61,718 nucleotides of DNA, filler included, from Choristocarpus tenellus KU-1152 (GCA_964200185.2; 13 parts of 13 records of this genome joined end to end with filler, not necessarily neighbours in it); one strand, 5' to 3'. Shown: positions 12,360 to 25,556, numbered from the whole stretch's first letter. Numbers and translations are program-made. The notes: generated from the sequence alone by a model not told the origin.

Positions 12360-15263
12360 NNNNNNNNNNNNNNNNNNNNNNNNNNNNNNNNNNNNNNNNN
12401 NNNTTAATTAATTAANNNNNNNNNNNNNNNNNNNNNNNNNNNNNNNNNNNNNNNNNNNNAAGCTGCTTCCCCCCCCCCCCCGCCCCCCTCGTACCCCCCC
12501 CCCCCCCCACTTCTCCTCCTTGCGCCTCGGCGAATAATGCAGGCAAGAGAGTTTGTTGAGACAGCGTTTGGGTCATGTTACTACGACACAGAGCCGTACG
12601 ATAAGAACCCATTGTAGCATCACAGAAGAACCATGCACGCGTCTATTTGCAAGCAGCGTGTAGAAGCTGTGGAGTAGGAGTAGGGAAGACAGTGCCAGCG
12701 AATGGAGCGTATTGCTCTATATTCCTCTCCTTAGGAGGGTGAGTCCCTGGATTTTTACGAAGGTCTCTGGATGGCGTGCTGTGCAATAGTTTTGTTGTTT
12801 GATGAGAGGCGTTTCTATCGCTGTGATGGTGTGCAATGCAGTTCTAACATGTGACGATGCTGCTGCTGATGGCATTGATCCTCTTCTTGCTCTGTATAGG
12901 TGCTGTCGATAGGCTCTATTTCTCGTTACCACAGTGGATGGGCAAAGTTAGAACATCTCACGTGTGAGGGCCGGTTGAAAGTACCATCAATTTTGCACCT
13001 ACCTGTAGTCTTAAATGGGAAATTTTGTTGTGCGTTTCAGCTTTTGTAGAGCTTGGTTGTGCCCTGCGTACACCTTCTTTTTGCTTTCCCTAGGCCCTCT
13101 AGAGGACATGGTGGTGTTACAGTGTTAAATCGAGCGGTGCAGCATTGTACCTTAGTTAACAGCCAAGGTGCTGTGTTTGCTTGGTCTGTAAAGGATTGTC
13201 TGAGAGAACTCCTATGCTTAGGATACTTTGTGCCATCATAGGGTTTGTATATCAAACTCTACAGTGCGTGTGTCCATATTTAACCTTTAGGTGCATTATT
13301 ATTGTAGTGTTTTAATATATGCATATTTAATGGTATCATAGTGTGCTGAGAACGCAAGAGGTTCAATCTGAACTCGAAAAATTTGTTGGTAACAAGAATC
13401 CATCTTGCCTGGTCATATCCCAAGATAGAGTGCACGGTTCATGGTGAGTAGAGACATGCATGACCAGTGAGTGGTACTCCAAACTACTATTTTCCAGAGT
13501 CAGAGAAATAGTAGGCCTTTTGGGGTTTTTTTAATAGAGTGGGTCTGGGGTCAAGATTTCCTTACATACCAAGAACCAAACATCAAATGACATGGAGACC
13601 CCAACCATGCTCCCTTCCAAACCTTGACTGTAGTTTTGAGGTCTTTGTCGTCGACCAATAAAAGTCGCTGGAGCAAAAAACGATCCCACCTCTTCTTTGT
13701 TCTTGAAAAAGAAAATTTTCTTGGTTAAAGTTTTCCTTGCCTGGAGCAATCTGAGCCCAAGCGCAAGATTTTCTTTAGTTGGAAAGGGGATGGGAAGGGT
13801 CAATACGGAGTGGGTTGGGAAGTGAAAGGATCACCGTGAAGTAGAGTACTCTTGATGAACAGAAGATGTAGGTCCGGTTGCTGATGGCAGGTAGTTCCAC
13901 TAGGGTTTCCTTTGTTGTGGGATATACCTAAAACAAGAGGCCTTAAAGACAGGCAAGGGTGATTTTTGAGAGGAATTTCACACTGTGGTGCAGGAGATTC
14001 CAACCAGGGATAAACTCTTTGTTCCAATGGGCATGAAAACCCGGACAAGAAAGAGAAGTGAGGGAACGGGAGATCAAGACAGCACACGATTCTTGTAGCA
14101 TATTGTGGACGAGATGTGTTGAATATCAGTGGTGAGCGCCTGTTGATACTTGCATCGATGAATGGACTTGTGTGGGCACATTTTTCAGTGTACCAAAGGA
14201 GAAAGGGTTCCATACATACTTCAGCAATTTGGGGCAAGTGGGGTGATTTGCTTTCCGTTTTGTCTTTTCTTCCTCTGCTTCGTTTTCCTTTTTTGATATG
14301 GTTGCTTTTTGTATGCCTTTGCCTTTTCTCAAGGAGTAGTGTGTATTGCCTTCTTTGGACTACCTTTTCGACCAGATTAAAAGGTTGATGACAATACAAT
14401 AAAGATAGTCACTTTGGAAAGTGAAGAGACCTCACAGCTCACCATCGTGCGACTTGTGCAGCAACAAGAACCGTCGACCTTTCATCTTACTACTATAAAC
14501 AGCACACAGCAGTGTTGTGTTCTGCTGGATATCAATCATACGAAAAGACTACCTCAGACAGGAACACGCGCCAGAGAGCTAGGAACACATGTATATGCAC
14601 ATGTGCAAGTAAGCTAATTTGCACCTACACACAAATCGTGTGGGTACAGTGAAACTGCCGAGATTGATGCGAGAGCAAAGTCGTCGTAGTAGGAGATTTT
14701 TTGGTGGTTTGTCAAGGGGAGGCTCATCTCCTGAAGTTGCTCTTCCTCCAGGAGTATATACTACAACGCACAATATGCTATTTACTCGAAGTACTACAAT
14801 ACTACGTGCTGTATTGTTACAGGGCGATCATGGTATATTGTAATATTTAACACATTTATTTCAGGGTCATTGTCGTGTCCTACTACTACTACTATAATAG
14901 GAAATATTATTTGTGTTAACGAAACATAACATAGGAAGTAGAACTAAATATTTAGACGGACTTCTCCATTGAGGGCGATTTCGTGCTGCTCATGTGGACA
15001 AACGTTCGCCTCTTCTACTACCACGACCTTCTCTGGGGCGTAAGTGGTACTGCGGGCATGGAAAATTGGATGTGAGTCAAAGATTGTGGAAGTCCCCAAA
15101 CTTAATAAATGGACCAAAATACCCCCCCCCCCCCCCTAACCCTAACCTATAAGNNNNNNNNNNNNNNNNNNNNNNNNNNNNNNNNNNNNNNNNNNNNTTA
15201 ATTAATTAANNNNNNNNNNNNNNNNNNNNNNNNNNNNNNNNNNNNNNNNNNNNCTTACCACAG

Positions 15264-18180
15264 TGTGGCGATTGATGAGGCCAGTGCGGAATTCAATAGT
15301 GTTGATCGGGTACCAGGTGTTGTGTTTAGTCCAGGAGGATTCTGGGAAGATCCTACTGTAATTCTTGATTCTTATATCGCCGGTTCAGAAGGAGGTGTAA
15401 CATTAAATTTCACAACATGGAACCCTGTTCCCAACAGTGGCCATATTGTTATCATTTTTCCTGGAAATTTTAGTGGGGTGTATGTGACCAAATCAGTCTT
15501 CGTGGAGGGCATGAACGGGGGGCTGAATACATCAATAGGTGACGGAAGCCACACTGTGGTGCTTGAAAGGGATGGGAGTGGGACAGACACTCCTGGTCAC
15601 ACTCATGTTTCATTACGACTTGAGGATGGGGTTAGAAACCAACGATATGAAGGGTACAGTACGGTATTCCCTGTGGTCAAGACCACAATGGCGAATATCA
15701 ATTTTACAATTGACGAGGCTAGCAGTCAGGTTGACTCTGCAATGGATCCTGTTCCTCCAATATTCTTCGTCGCAGCAGCATTTCCGAATATTCGTTCTAG
15801 GCTTCAATATAAGGTAGCCGGTATTGGGACTAACATCACATTTTTCTTCAGCCTAACAAATCCACTGCCAGCAGACGGATTGATGGTTGTTGACTTTCCA
15901 GGAAGTTTCACTGAGGCAACTCCTACAGTGGCTGAGTCTTCCTTGGATGGTACCCTGATAGCAAGTGGATCTTTTTCGGTCATTCTGGAGCGTAATGACA
16001 CAGGCAATGTTGCACTTGCGGGAACAAAAGTTGTTGTTACACTGAACCGTGTGTTCAACAGAGAACAAACGGGGGAGAGTGGGAATTTTACACTTACAAC
16101 ATATACTGACCGAAGCATGGTCCACAGGTGATCCACCAGTCAAGTCTCTGAAATTCTAATATATATATTTTCCATTGACATTACAGGGTCCGTCCTACCA
16201 ATATGTTACAATTATGTGACAGTGTGCTGCTTGGATAGCATTTGCTAATGAGCAGGGAGTATGATAGCTGCGAAGGGCATGGGCAGATATAGAAGCAATA
16301 TCTTTGCAGCAGACTCGTGCTCAAACTGGAAGCATATGTTCTTATTTCACCTTATATTGTTGATCACCTTTGTTGTCCCATGGAATTAAAAAATGAATTT
16401 GCTACAATCATATTGTGATAGGTAAACTAAACCCTTTACAGAGAGTGGTCCATGTTGCTGCTCTTCACCTGTATTATTTCGTTGCTACCATTTTGTCAAA
16501 CCTGTGGGTTCTGGTAGCCACAATGTCTTGGGTTGGGTTTCACTTGATTTAAAATATTAGGCCTTCGCTTTCTTGAGGTGCCTTGGCACTAGAAAGAGAC
16601 CTCTAGAAACTTAATTCGATCAGTCAGCGACTCAGATACAAGGATAAAATATTGTAGACTTTCATCGAAAGATATAACATACGTATTTATGTGGGTATCT
16701 GAGAAGAAAGTGACTTCATAAGAATCTGATAGAAGGGATGGATACTATTTGTCCTGGGAAAGAACGAAAATGCCACACTAGAAATCACTACTTCTTATTG
16801 AGTACTCTGAACTTCCTTCCAGAGGAGAATAAATTGGGCAATTTAAGTACACTGCTGTCATTATCCGGGTTTTTTGCTTCTTCGTTGCCTCCCTCTTTGC
16901 AGGATCGATACTGGTGTTGCTCCTTCTATCTTAGTTGACAAACAGATCGTTGCAGCATCAGCTTCCTTTGGTTCATCGTCCTTGGCTGTGGCAGAGCAGG
17001 AGAAGCAATGGACATTTTCTGGTCTAGGGTTACAAATGGGAGATGATGTAAAGTGGGCTAATTCGTCTGCTTCACTGGACGAGCACTGTGCCTGGGGAAC
17101 TGAGGAGTTAACTGTTATGGATGCAGAAAACATGACCAGCTCAAGCACACTTATCACTTTTGGTAATAGCTCAGAGTCCCTCGGAACACTGCAATTGTGC
17201 TACCGTTTCTCTAATGGATCCAACCCATATAAGTTGTATCCGAGCATAACAATTGATGTTTATAAATTGTACAGTGTGCCAGCTGCAGAAGAGGGCAGCA
17301 TCTTGGTCAGTGTGATTGGCCATCCTAAGGTCCTAACTTTCGCTGGATTTGGTGTGGCAGAGTTCGATCAGGCTCGGTGGATACTTCAAGGGAAAGATTG
17401 CAGCTCAAATACAAGTATTGCACCAATGGTTGCAGAGAGTGCTTATGGCCAAAATACATCAATATTGGACTCCAACCTTAAGAGTTCATTTACATTTAGT
17501 GTAGGTGTGTTCACATTAGCAAGGCATACAAGCTCTCAGGGTGCAAATGCCACACTATGCTATCGATTTGGCTCTGAAGATTTTCAGCATTACCCAACAA
17601 TATCAATGGATCTGAGGCACATCACTGGCTGGGACAGTAGTGTGGGTAGTGCTGATGTGGCTGTTGTTGATGTAAGTGAGGTTTTGAGCTTCACAGGGTA
17701 TGGTATAGCCTCCTATGATCGTGCTCGTTGGATAATATCTGGCACAAATTGCAGTCTCAACATTGCCTCTATATGGGAGTCAAGTTCAGGTAGTGTAGAC
17801 ATTTCAGACTCCGGCATAGGTACATTCACGTTCAAGGAGTTGACATCCGGGGCATCACCACGGTTGTGCTACTGGTTTGCAAACGAACCGGCCATGGTTT
17901 ATCCATCCCTTACCATCAATGTAGCATTCCTCTCAGAGCTTACTGCACCATCATTTGGTGATGTGGATGTTGCAGTCGTGGACTATCCTAAACCCTGGGG
18001 GTTTGAAGGGGGTCATATTGAGAATGGAGACCATGTACAATGGATATTTAATGAATCGTCAAACTGCACTGATCCTAGCTCACTTGTGGAGATGTCGGAA
18101 TCTGGAGTGATTGTGTCTGGCAGAGCCACATGCACCTTTCCAGGCGCAATTTCTGGGCAGTGGATAACTCCTTGTTACAG
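15264..18180 (+). CDS. Internal exons (15264-16127, 16903-18180) of a very large repeat-containing, probably extracellular beta-rich glycoprotein
   Basis: Two long open frames joined by a phase-consistent GT-AG intron (...SMVH-R-IDT...). Repeats NPVPNSGHIVIIFPGNF / NPLPADGLMVVDFPGSF, then four D-x-(A/V)-x-W...C...LCY(R/W)F...YP units (the last truncated by the donor); many N-x-S/T sequons. Confidence 0.85.
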
Positions 18181-18773
18181 GTGAGTGGAAAAATGAAAAT
18201 ATTTTATATCCTCCTCCCAACTAGGAACATTTTTATGATCAAAACTCTTATTTGTTTTGTGCAAGAAATATGTTTTAGGTTGTTCCGAACAAGTTAACGA
18301 CAAAGTCTCATTCTCAGTGTAGTCTTGAAGTACTTCATAAAGCATACTCTACATTTGTAGGGTCGTGCAACGTACATATAAGGCATTTTTTCATTAATAT
18401 CTGTATGTGCATGGTCTTCTTGTCTAAGTGGGCCTCCCCTTTTTAACATCTAGTGGTCATTTACAGAATAAGCTTGTCTTGTCCACCATACCACCCTATA
18501 CAACAGAGACCGTTGCTTGTTTTGCATTTCTTCTTACTCTCTTTTGTGTATATTCCAAAATGCAAGGCCTCGGGTGGACCATAGAATATATTCTGCTGGC
18601 AATATATGTATCGCACTTGCGTTTTTTTCTCCAGCTTTGGTGAGGACGATCTTCAAGTTTGAGCGTTGTTACTTTGGATGCTCGGTTCGCTGTTGGTCAT
18701 CTAAAGAAGGAATGGCTGGCATAGACCCAATCCCTGAGAATTGTGAATGTATTGATCAAACAAATGCGATTCA

Positions 18774-19006
18774 GAGTGAAAGTATCTTAGAGGGTACGAG
18801 TTTTTCCCTGTTTTTCCTTTTGGGGCTTGGCTTCCCATGGGTTTTTTAATGACATTTTCCTACTCCAAAATGTTTGGAGTAGGTAAAATATATACGTTAT
18901 GAAAAGGTGTGTCTAGAACAAGGATATTGACACTTCCTAACAAACACGATAGCCAAAATTACATCAAAATCACAACATTGGATTTATGCCCCTAAATGGA
19001 TGCGGC
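18774..19006 (+). mobile_element. MITE family A, truncated at contig end
   Basis: Left TIR and body match the consensus. Confidence 0.9.
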
Positions 19007-19106
19007 NNNNNNNNNNNNNNNNNNNNNNNNNNNNNNNNNNNNNNNNNNNNTTAATTAATTAANNNNNNNNNNNNNNNNNNNNNNNNNNNNNNNNNNNNNN
19101 NNNNNN

Positions 19107-19567
19107 CATTTCGGTCAAACCCATCCTCCATGAAATGATCTATCCGCCATTATCATGATCCACTGTTTGAAACATCTGTTCTTTCTTCTTTGTAGACTTG
19201 GTAAGTTTTCTTGGTGGATGCGACCTATCAATCCCTTACTTGTACAAACCACGTAACACTCGAATAAATATTTGTAACTAGTAGAGTACAATCCACGGTG
19301 GACCATACATATTATTATAAGACCAAAACCGTTACCGGCTCCCCCCTGGGGGGGCCTGTCTGTCCTTATACCTCTGGCTTGGCCGAGGTCGCTTCCATAT
19401 CGTTCCGGTGCCATCCACAAGCACCGAAATATTTTTGAACAAATATATATCCTATTCAAAAAGGGGCCCTTAAAAAGTGCCACAACATTTAAAAAAAACA
19501 AACATATCGGCACTTTTTCCGCACCATTTTCGGTCAAAACCATCGTCAATTTTTTAAATCCACTGTT
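19107..19567. repeat. Dispersed repeat family D (19107-19168 and 19294-19567; also 54170-54345)
   Basis: Shared CATTTTCGGTCAAA(C/A)CCATC...ATCC(A/G)CTGTT end; 19294 begins CACGGTGGAC, a possible imperfect TIR. Confidence 0.55.
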
Positions 19568-19647
19568 AACTAGTGATCTGCCTCATGATGAAAAGGCTCA
19601 GCTTTATTGTGAAGGCCTCCAGTAGTTGTGCCGATGGAAGAACTGGA

Positions 19648-19906
19648 TAGTCAAAGTAAACGAGAGGTACCCAGGTTTTGGCCACTTTGCATATTAAGCC
19701 AGTTGATTAATCTTCTGCATTTCACCCATATTTCTATGGATGAAGTGCTAAGTTTGACACGAGAACATTCATTTCTCTATTGTTTGAAAAAGTTCCACAC
19801 AATTCAGAAAATATCCTGTACATGTACATAAAAACAGACGAATTTTGCACATACGTGTCAGCATCCTTAAAATGTAACTCTGGATAACTCTCGTTTACTT
19901 CAACAC
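19648..19906 (+). mobile_element. MITE family C, complete but diverged
   Basis: TAGTCAAAGTAAACGAGAGGTACC...CTCTCGTTTACTTCAACAC aligns to the reverse complement of 1879-2140. Confidence 0.8.
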
Positions 19907-22094
19907 TAACCTGAGAACAAAGGGGGGCTGTTTGAAATAGTTGATGCTGACATCACAGAGTTCAAACCCTAGTGTGACAAGTAATTGGCCCCCAATGTAC
20001 GCTTTCCAAATCAGTGAAGCAGTCGTCCCCAGCACGAGCATTATTAACACCATAGTAGTGGGGGGTAACACAGCAGGAAGAAGTGCATACATAATCTCCC
20101 TTGTTTGCCAAGGAATGACTGAACTCACCAGACAAGCATCACATGCTGTCTTGTACCCAATCCAACCGCACAAATTGCACCCAATCAAAAGTCTTACTGA
20201 CTGGTTGGGCAGGCGGACACCTATTATACCTCCTATCACACCATTACATATTGTTCGACCCTACAACAACAGCTTCACCAATTTAAGGGTCACAACAACA
20301 GAAAAATAATGGCATACAATACTGCATTGGTATTTAATAATGAGTGAGGAGTAAGATATAAGGTCAGGGTTACAGTTCTCAAAGTTGAATGCTGCTGGAC
20401 CTGATGCAAGGGGCATCATATGGTGAGGTAAGTGGACAAGCAGCCACACTCTGTAGTACATAGAGCAATTCAAGCAGCTGCATGCCAGCAATACTAAACA
20501 GATGGCTGTGGAGCAAAGGGAAGGAGACTGGACACAGCAACTACGAAGGACCACTGATTAGCTATTGAAGACACAGGGGGGGGGGGGAGGGATCAAAGAA
20601 CACTGTCCCCAATAGCCTCATTCGGCTGCAATCAACAACCAAATGGGAAAAAAATTATCGCGAGGATATCTGAGCTAGAAAGAGAGGGTAGGACACATAA
20701 ACACAACAAGGCAATCAGCCACGTCCACTAAGTTGAGGGAGGCAAAGACCAGAGGAGGGAGAGAGAGACAAGACTAGGGAGAAACATTTACACATAGAGA
20801 ATCGACTGAAACGTGATCTCAACAATCCGCTCCCCCTCATCCTCCCACTAACCCTCCTCTACAAGATGACGCCGTCCTCCTTGATCCTTCTCCAGTCAGA
20901 ATCCTTCCTATCTTCCATTCCAATGCATTTTTACACGGAGAGATTGTTGGCAACTTCTACCATAACATCCAGGCCACAAGAGGAGACCAATTCGCTGGGC
21001 ACAGGTCATGAAGAGAATTGACATACACACTACCTGCATTCCCTTCTCACCCCCAGGGGCTGAGAAAGTGATCGGCAAAAACATCAAGTCAGCCTCTTCA
21101 AGAGCAGAACAACACCTAAAATCGACATCACTATTCGAGCAACCATCGACAGGTCAAGCTGTAGCTACTCAGTCCCTTAATTCTTATCGGATCACCTTCC
21201 CCAGCACCTGTCCAGCCCACCCACAGCAATCTAATACCAATGGATGAGAACATCATGGCAAGGAGGCAGGGCTGGATTGAGTACAGTTGCGGTAGGTATC
21301 ACAGTCTACGCTGGGACCAAGCTTAAGAGCCCAGAGCCACTCGGTCAGTTCCAGAGCCTGTAGGCATCGCGATCTTGGGAGTACAGGTGGATCGGACAGC
21401 CTGCCCACCAAACAGAGCACTACAAAAAATACGCAAGGAGGTCACTTACAGAAATAATGCCTTTGCACCTCGATTCCTCATCCACGCAAACTACTCGCTT
21501 AAACCGACACTCTGCAAACTTTTCAAACACAGTCTGATTCGTCAAAACGAGAGTCGTGGGTGCATGTATGCATGCGCCACCCCCATGATTCACGGTGCGA
21601 AGAGCACGGACGATTCAACAAACAAAAAAACAAAAAAATATGTTACACACGAGAGCACGAGGAGGCGGGAGTGGGAAGGGGAAGAAGGGATGAGGTTGGA
21701 GGTTGATGAATTTATTTATTTTTTAAAGACGTTTTGATCATTTCAGGGTTGCAAAGTGGGGGCCTCTATTGGGGGGTGTGTTGTGAGAGCAAGAGGTAAT
21801 GATTTGGGGAGAGGGGAGAGGGAGGTGGTATCTCAGTAGCATTTGCGACCGGTGCATGAACGACTCTTTTGTCCTATTTGAGGGGGGATTGGGGGAAGAG
21901 TTTCAAACTAAACTGACAACAAATGTTTTGTCTTGTACGATACTATTATGATATTACAGGGGACTACTTGCGAGAACAGAACACAGTGTATCTCTGGCTG
22001 TACGAAGAATAATATATACCACGTTTCTAAATCATTTTGACAGGGAACAGACCTAACACGTAAATATAAATACACACACGCACATACGCATATA

Positions 22095-22450
22095 CTCCCT
22101 CTGTTCCATAGGTCTGTTCCTTTATGCATGTAACTCTTCAGGATGGCCTCCGATTTAAAAACGGATTTTTGCACTGGATTCCTAGATTTTTTTTTCATTA
22201 GAATACCTATTCTCGCTTTCAGTCAAAACACCGTCAATCCACCGATTCAGTGCCTTCTTGTGGGCCTATGCCCGCCTAACCTCTGTTCCATACTCTCAGA
22301 ACAATTTTCAGGATATATTTTTTCCAATATAACCCCCATCTTACGTAAAAAATGTTCCAAGGAGTTGAACACAAAAATCCGTTTTGAAATCGGAGGTCAT
22401 CCCTAAGAGGTACATGCATAAAGGAACAGACTTGTGGGACAGAGAGGGAA
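22095..22450. mobile_element. Stowaway-like (Tc1/mariner) MITE with ~80-bp TIRs
   Basis: TA|CTCCCTCTGTTCCATAGGTCTGTTCCTTTATGCATG...ACGGATTTTTG is mirrored by CAAAAATCCGTTTT...CATGCATAAAGGAACAGAC...GAGGGAA. Confidence 0.75.
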
Positions 22451-23232
22451 CATAACCACAGCGCAGGCATCTTCCAACATGGATTGCAGAGGCCAACAGA
22501 GGGGACCTAACAATTTGTCCTTGTCAGAGAAGCCTTCCAACCATCTAAGGGGCTCACACAGTTGGGAAGCCATAGCCGAGATGGCAAGCAGAAAATAATT
22601 TGACTTGTAGGAAAACGCAATTGTACTAACTGAGCTAACTTGACCGTCGCAAAAATGGAAGTTCCACCCAAGGGCAACTTCAATTTGTGGAGCTGTTTGG
22701 AGGTAATATGAAAACAGCCACACCTGCGCGAGAACCATGACAAAGAAATTAACTTGATCATGTAACACATGAAGACAGGTTCAGCAAGGAAGTGGTACTG
22801 TGGGTTTGACGACACCAAGTTTTTTATTCAGCTTCAAGATATCTTGGAGGGAGGTCCTGAGGATCGCGCACCACCCTCATTGCTCTGGGGCTTCTGTGGC
22901 AATACGAGCAGGCTTCTGTGATCTGTGAAAAATGTTGAAAGTATTCTTCCAGGTCTTGTTTGACACTCCTAAGTCCCTAATCAAAAACAACAGCACCAAC
23001 GCAAGGCTATGATAAACAGCAGAATGAACGGACAAATTGAGCCACCGGCAGCTCGAGGAGCTATCACCACTTCAAAATACAGGGGTTCGTGTTGCCAACA
23101 AGTGGTTTCCATTTAGAGAGGATGGAACACTGTACAACAGCAATGAACGCCCTCTCTCCAACTAGCCCTCTCAGGCACCATTCCAAATCTCAGCCTTACA
23201 TTCTTTCTCAGCAGCCCAAATGCCTCCCGTAA

Positions 23233-23421
23233 TATCAGAGGTAAGCATACATAAATATCACATATCAAAGGAAATTATATCTAAATATCACGTATCAGAG
23301 GGAAGTATACATAAATATCACATATCAGAGGGAAGTATACATAAATATCATGTATCAGAGGTAAGTATACATAAACACGATGTATCAGAGGTAAGTATAC
23401 ATAAATGTCATGTATCAAAGG
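23233..23421. repeat. 30-bp minisatellite, ~6 copies
   Basis: Unit TATCAGAGG(G/T)AAGTATACATAAATATCA(C/T)(G/A), head to tail with no spacers. Confidence 0.92.
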
Positions 23422-23461
23422 CGGAAGGTCAAAATGCACGTGCGTTGCGTCCGCACAAAAA

Positions 23462-23738
23462 GAGCGAAAGCATCTTAGAGGGGATCAGTATTCCCCTCTT
23501 TATCCGTTTGGGGCTCTCGGCTTCCCACAGTTTTTTCTTACGACATTTTACCTAATCCGAAACAATCTCGGAGTAGGTAAAATGTATACGTTACGAAAAG
23601 GAGTGTGTCTGGAAAAAAGGATACTGACATTTCCTAACAAAAACGATAGCCAAAATTAAATCAAAATCGCAACGTTGGATTTTGGCCCTCAAACGGACAT
23701 GGCTCTCTCTACCCCTAACCCTAAAATACTTGAGACTC
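23462..23738 (+). mobile_element. MITE family A, complete
   Basis: Both TIRs present (the right one contains CCCCTAACCCTAA); TSD aaaa/aaaa. Confidence 0.88.
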
Positions 23739-24719
23739 AAAAAATCGTATTAAAAAAATTAAAAAATATAATCACATCTGTGCTGCTCCAGGGCCGTCTT
23801 ACACTGCAGCCCAGAACTTTTCTTTTTTTAACCTAACGTGATCGAAATTCAATTGTTTGACGTGCGCACGCACTGCTGCCTCACCACTTGAAAATCTCGT
23901 TTTGATTAGTGCAGCCAATCACAGCGATTCAACAAAACAAAAAAAGATTAGTCGAAACCGAGAATTGAGGGGGGCCGGTTCTTGATTGGCCACTTCCTCG
24001 TACAGCACAAGTTACCCTGGAAAGCTTGGCGATTCGCACGCCACAATTTGTGCACAATGCGTGTAAGTTTTTTTTAATCACAATTCCAGAACTTGAAAAA
24101 AAAAAAATCTAGCTGATTCAACTTCCGCTCGTATCTCCATTAACCTTTTATGCATTTTTAACCTTTCGATTGACAAAAACACCAACTCTGGTGGTGACCT
24201 GTGGTATCAGGAATATATATATATAAATGTTCACCACAGTAACCCGCACTGTGAAGAACCTTAAAAAAAAAAAGCTAAAACAGATACAGTACGGTTTGGC
24301 ATTGGAAAAATATGTTTAAAATATATATTTGCTGTCGTAAGTCTATACATGTACCTACATGTATAGCTTGAAGTAAAAACATGAAAATATATATTTGCTC
24401 TCAAGTTTATACATGCATCGAAGTATACATATATACTGGAAGTAAAAGCATAAAAAAATCAGTTTGGTCGAAGTCTGTACATGTATCAATATATATATAT
24501 ATACACACCTGGAGTTACCACAAGTTAAAGTTAGAGAGGCAATTCAGATATATCTACCTAGAGAGGAGCTCTCCGTGTGCTTTCCTGGATAAGAACAGAT
24601 ACCATCTAAGAATAACCAAGCACGGAGCCTAAAAACAGATGATACGCCTCTATAGGACATGGAAACACTTCCTGGATCACTCCACTCGAGACCAGAACAA
24701 AAATATTTTCTTCCCACCA

Positions 24720-24765
<46 letters not shown>

Positions 24766-24954
24766 AAAAACAACACACACAACAACCTCCCACNNNNNNN
24801 NNNNNNNNNNNNNNNNNNNNNNNNNNNNNNNNNNNNNTTAATTAATTAANNNNNNNNNNNNNNNNNNNNNNNNNNNNNNNNNNNNNNNNNNNNAAGAAGG
24901 CATCTCGGGTTTTGTGGGGGTTGGTGTCCTCCCTTTTTCTCCTCTCCCACCACA

Positions 24955-24993
24955 CCCCCCCCCCCCCCCCCCCCCCCCCAGATACTTTGACCC
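24955..24993 (+). mobile_element. MITE family B-type TIR
   Basis: (C)nAGATACTTTGACCC. Confidence 0.55.
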
Positions 24994-25305
24994 ATTATCG
25001 CTTTCGATTTATGTGGTTACATACCTGGCGCCTGTTCTTAACTGGTGAAATTGTCGTAAAAGATGATGATTGGTTGGGTGTTTCTGTGTTTGTATTTTCT
25101 TGACCCCATCTGAACACTGTCATCATTGGTTATGTGTTTGCACCCAAGTAAAAGAAACAACTCACAGATGTTTTGAGGGAACAGAGAGACATTAGACTCC
25201 TCAAATCTGAGTCAGTCTTGCTGCAGAAAAATAGTAGTACCAGCTCATGTGATCCTTTGCAGAAGATCAGACTGAAAACGTAAACATACGGGATCAACTG
25301 GGATT

Positions 25306-25556
25306 GAGTAAAAGTATCTTGGAGGGTACGAGTTTTGCCCTGTTTGTCCATTTGAGGCTTGGCTTCCCATGGGGTTTTTTTAATGCCATTTTCCTACTCC
25401 GAAATATTTTGAAGTACGTAAAATATATATTATGAAAAGGTGTGTCCGGAACAAGGATACTGACACTTAAACAGGATAGCCAAAATTTCATTAAAATTGC
25501 AACATTGAATTTTGGCCCCCAAATGGACGCGCCCCTACCCTCTAAGATACTGGCTC
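25306..25556 (+). mobile_element. MITE family A, complete
   Basis: Both TIRs present; TSD att/att. Confidence 0.9.

Noticed and set aside
12460-14400. 199-aa ORF (13800-14399) and surroundings as a gene or LINE reverse transcriptase
   Set aside because: No convincing motif (no YADD or endonuclease signature). It is probably a decayed repeat but cannot be assigned.
18634-18662. Next exon of the giant repeat protein (CY-S-FGEDDLQV*)
   Set aside because: It resembles the repeat motif and phase but hits a stop after about 9 codons with no strong donor, so it is left unresolved.
18517-18849. Family of small ORFs sharing ESILEGTSF.LF..LGLGFP or NYIKIATLDFGP peptides (also 23220, 26352, 31929, 32124, 46081)
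   Set aside because: These are translations of MITE family A, not a protein family.
20860-21300. Possible RTE/LINE 3' remnant
   Set aside because: Similarity is too weak and fragmentary to call.
23233-23421. 30-bp (and 28-bp at 58934-59154) repeats as a CRISPR array
   Set aside because: Units are head to tail with no unique spacers, there are no cas genes, and the context is eukaryotic.
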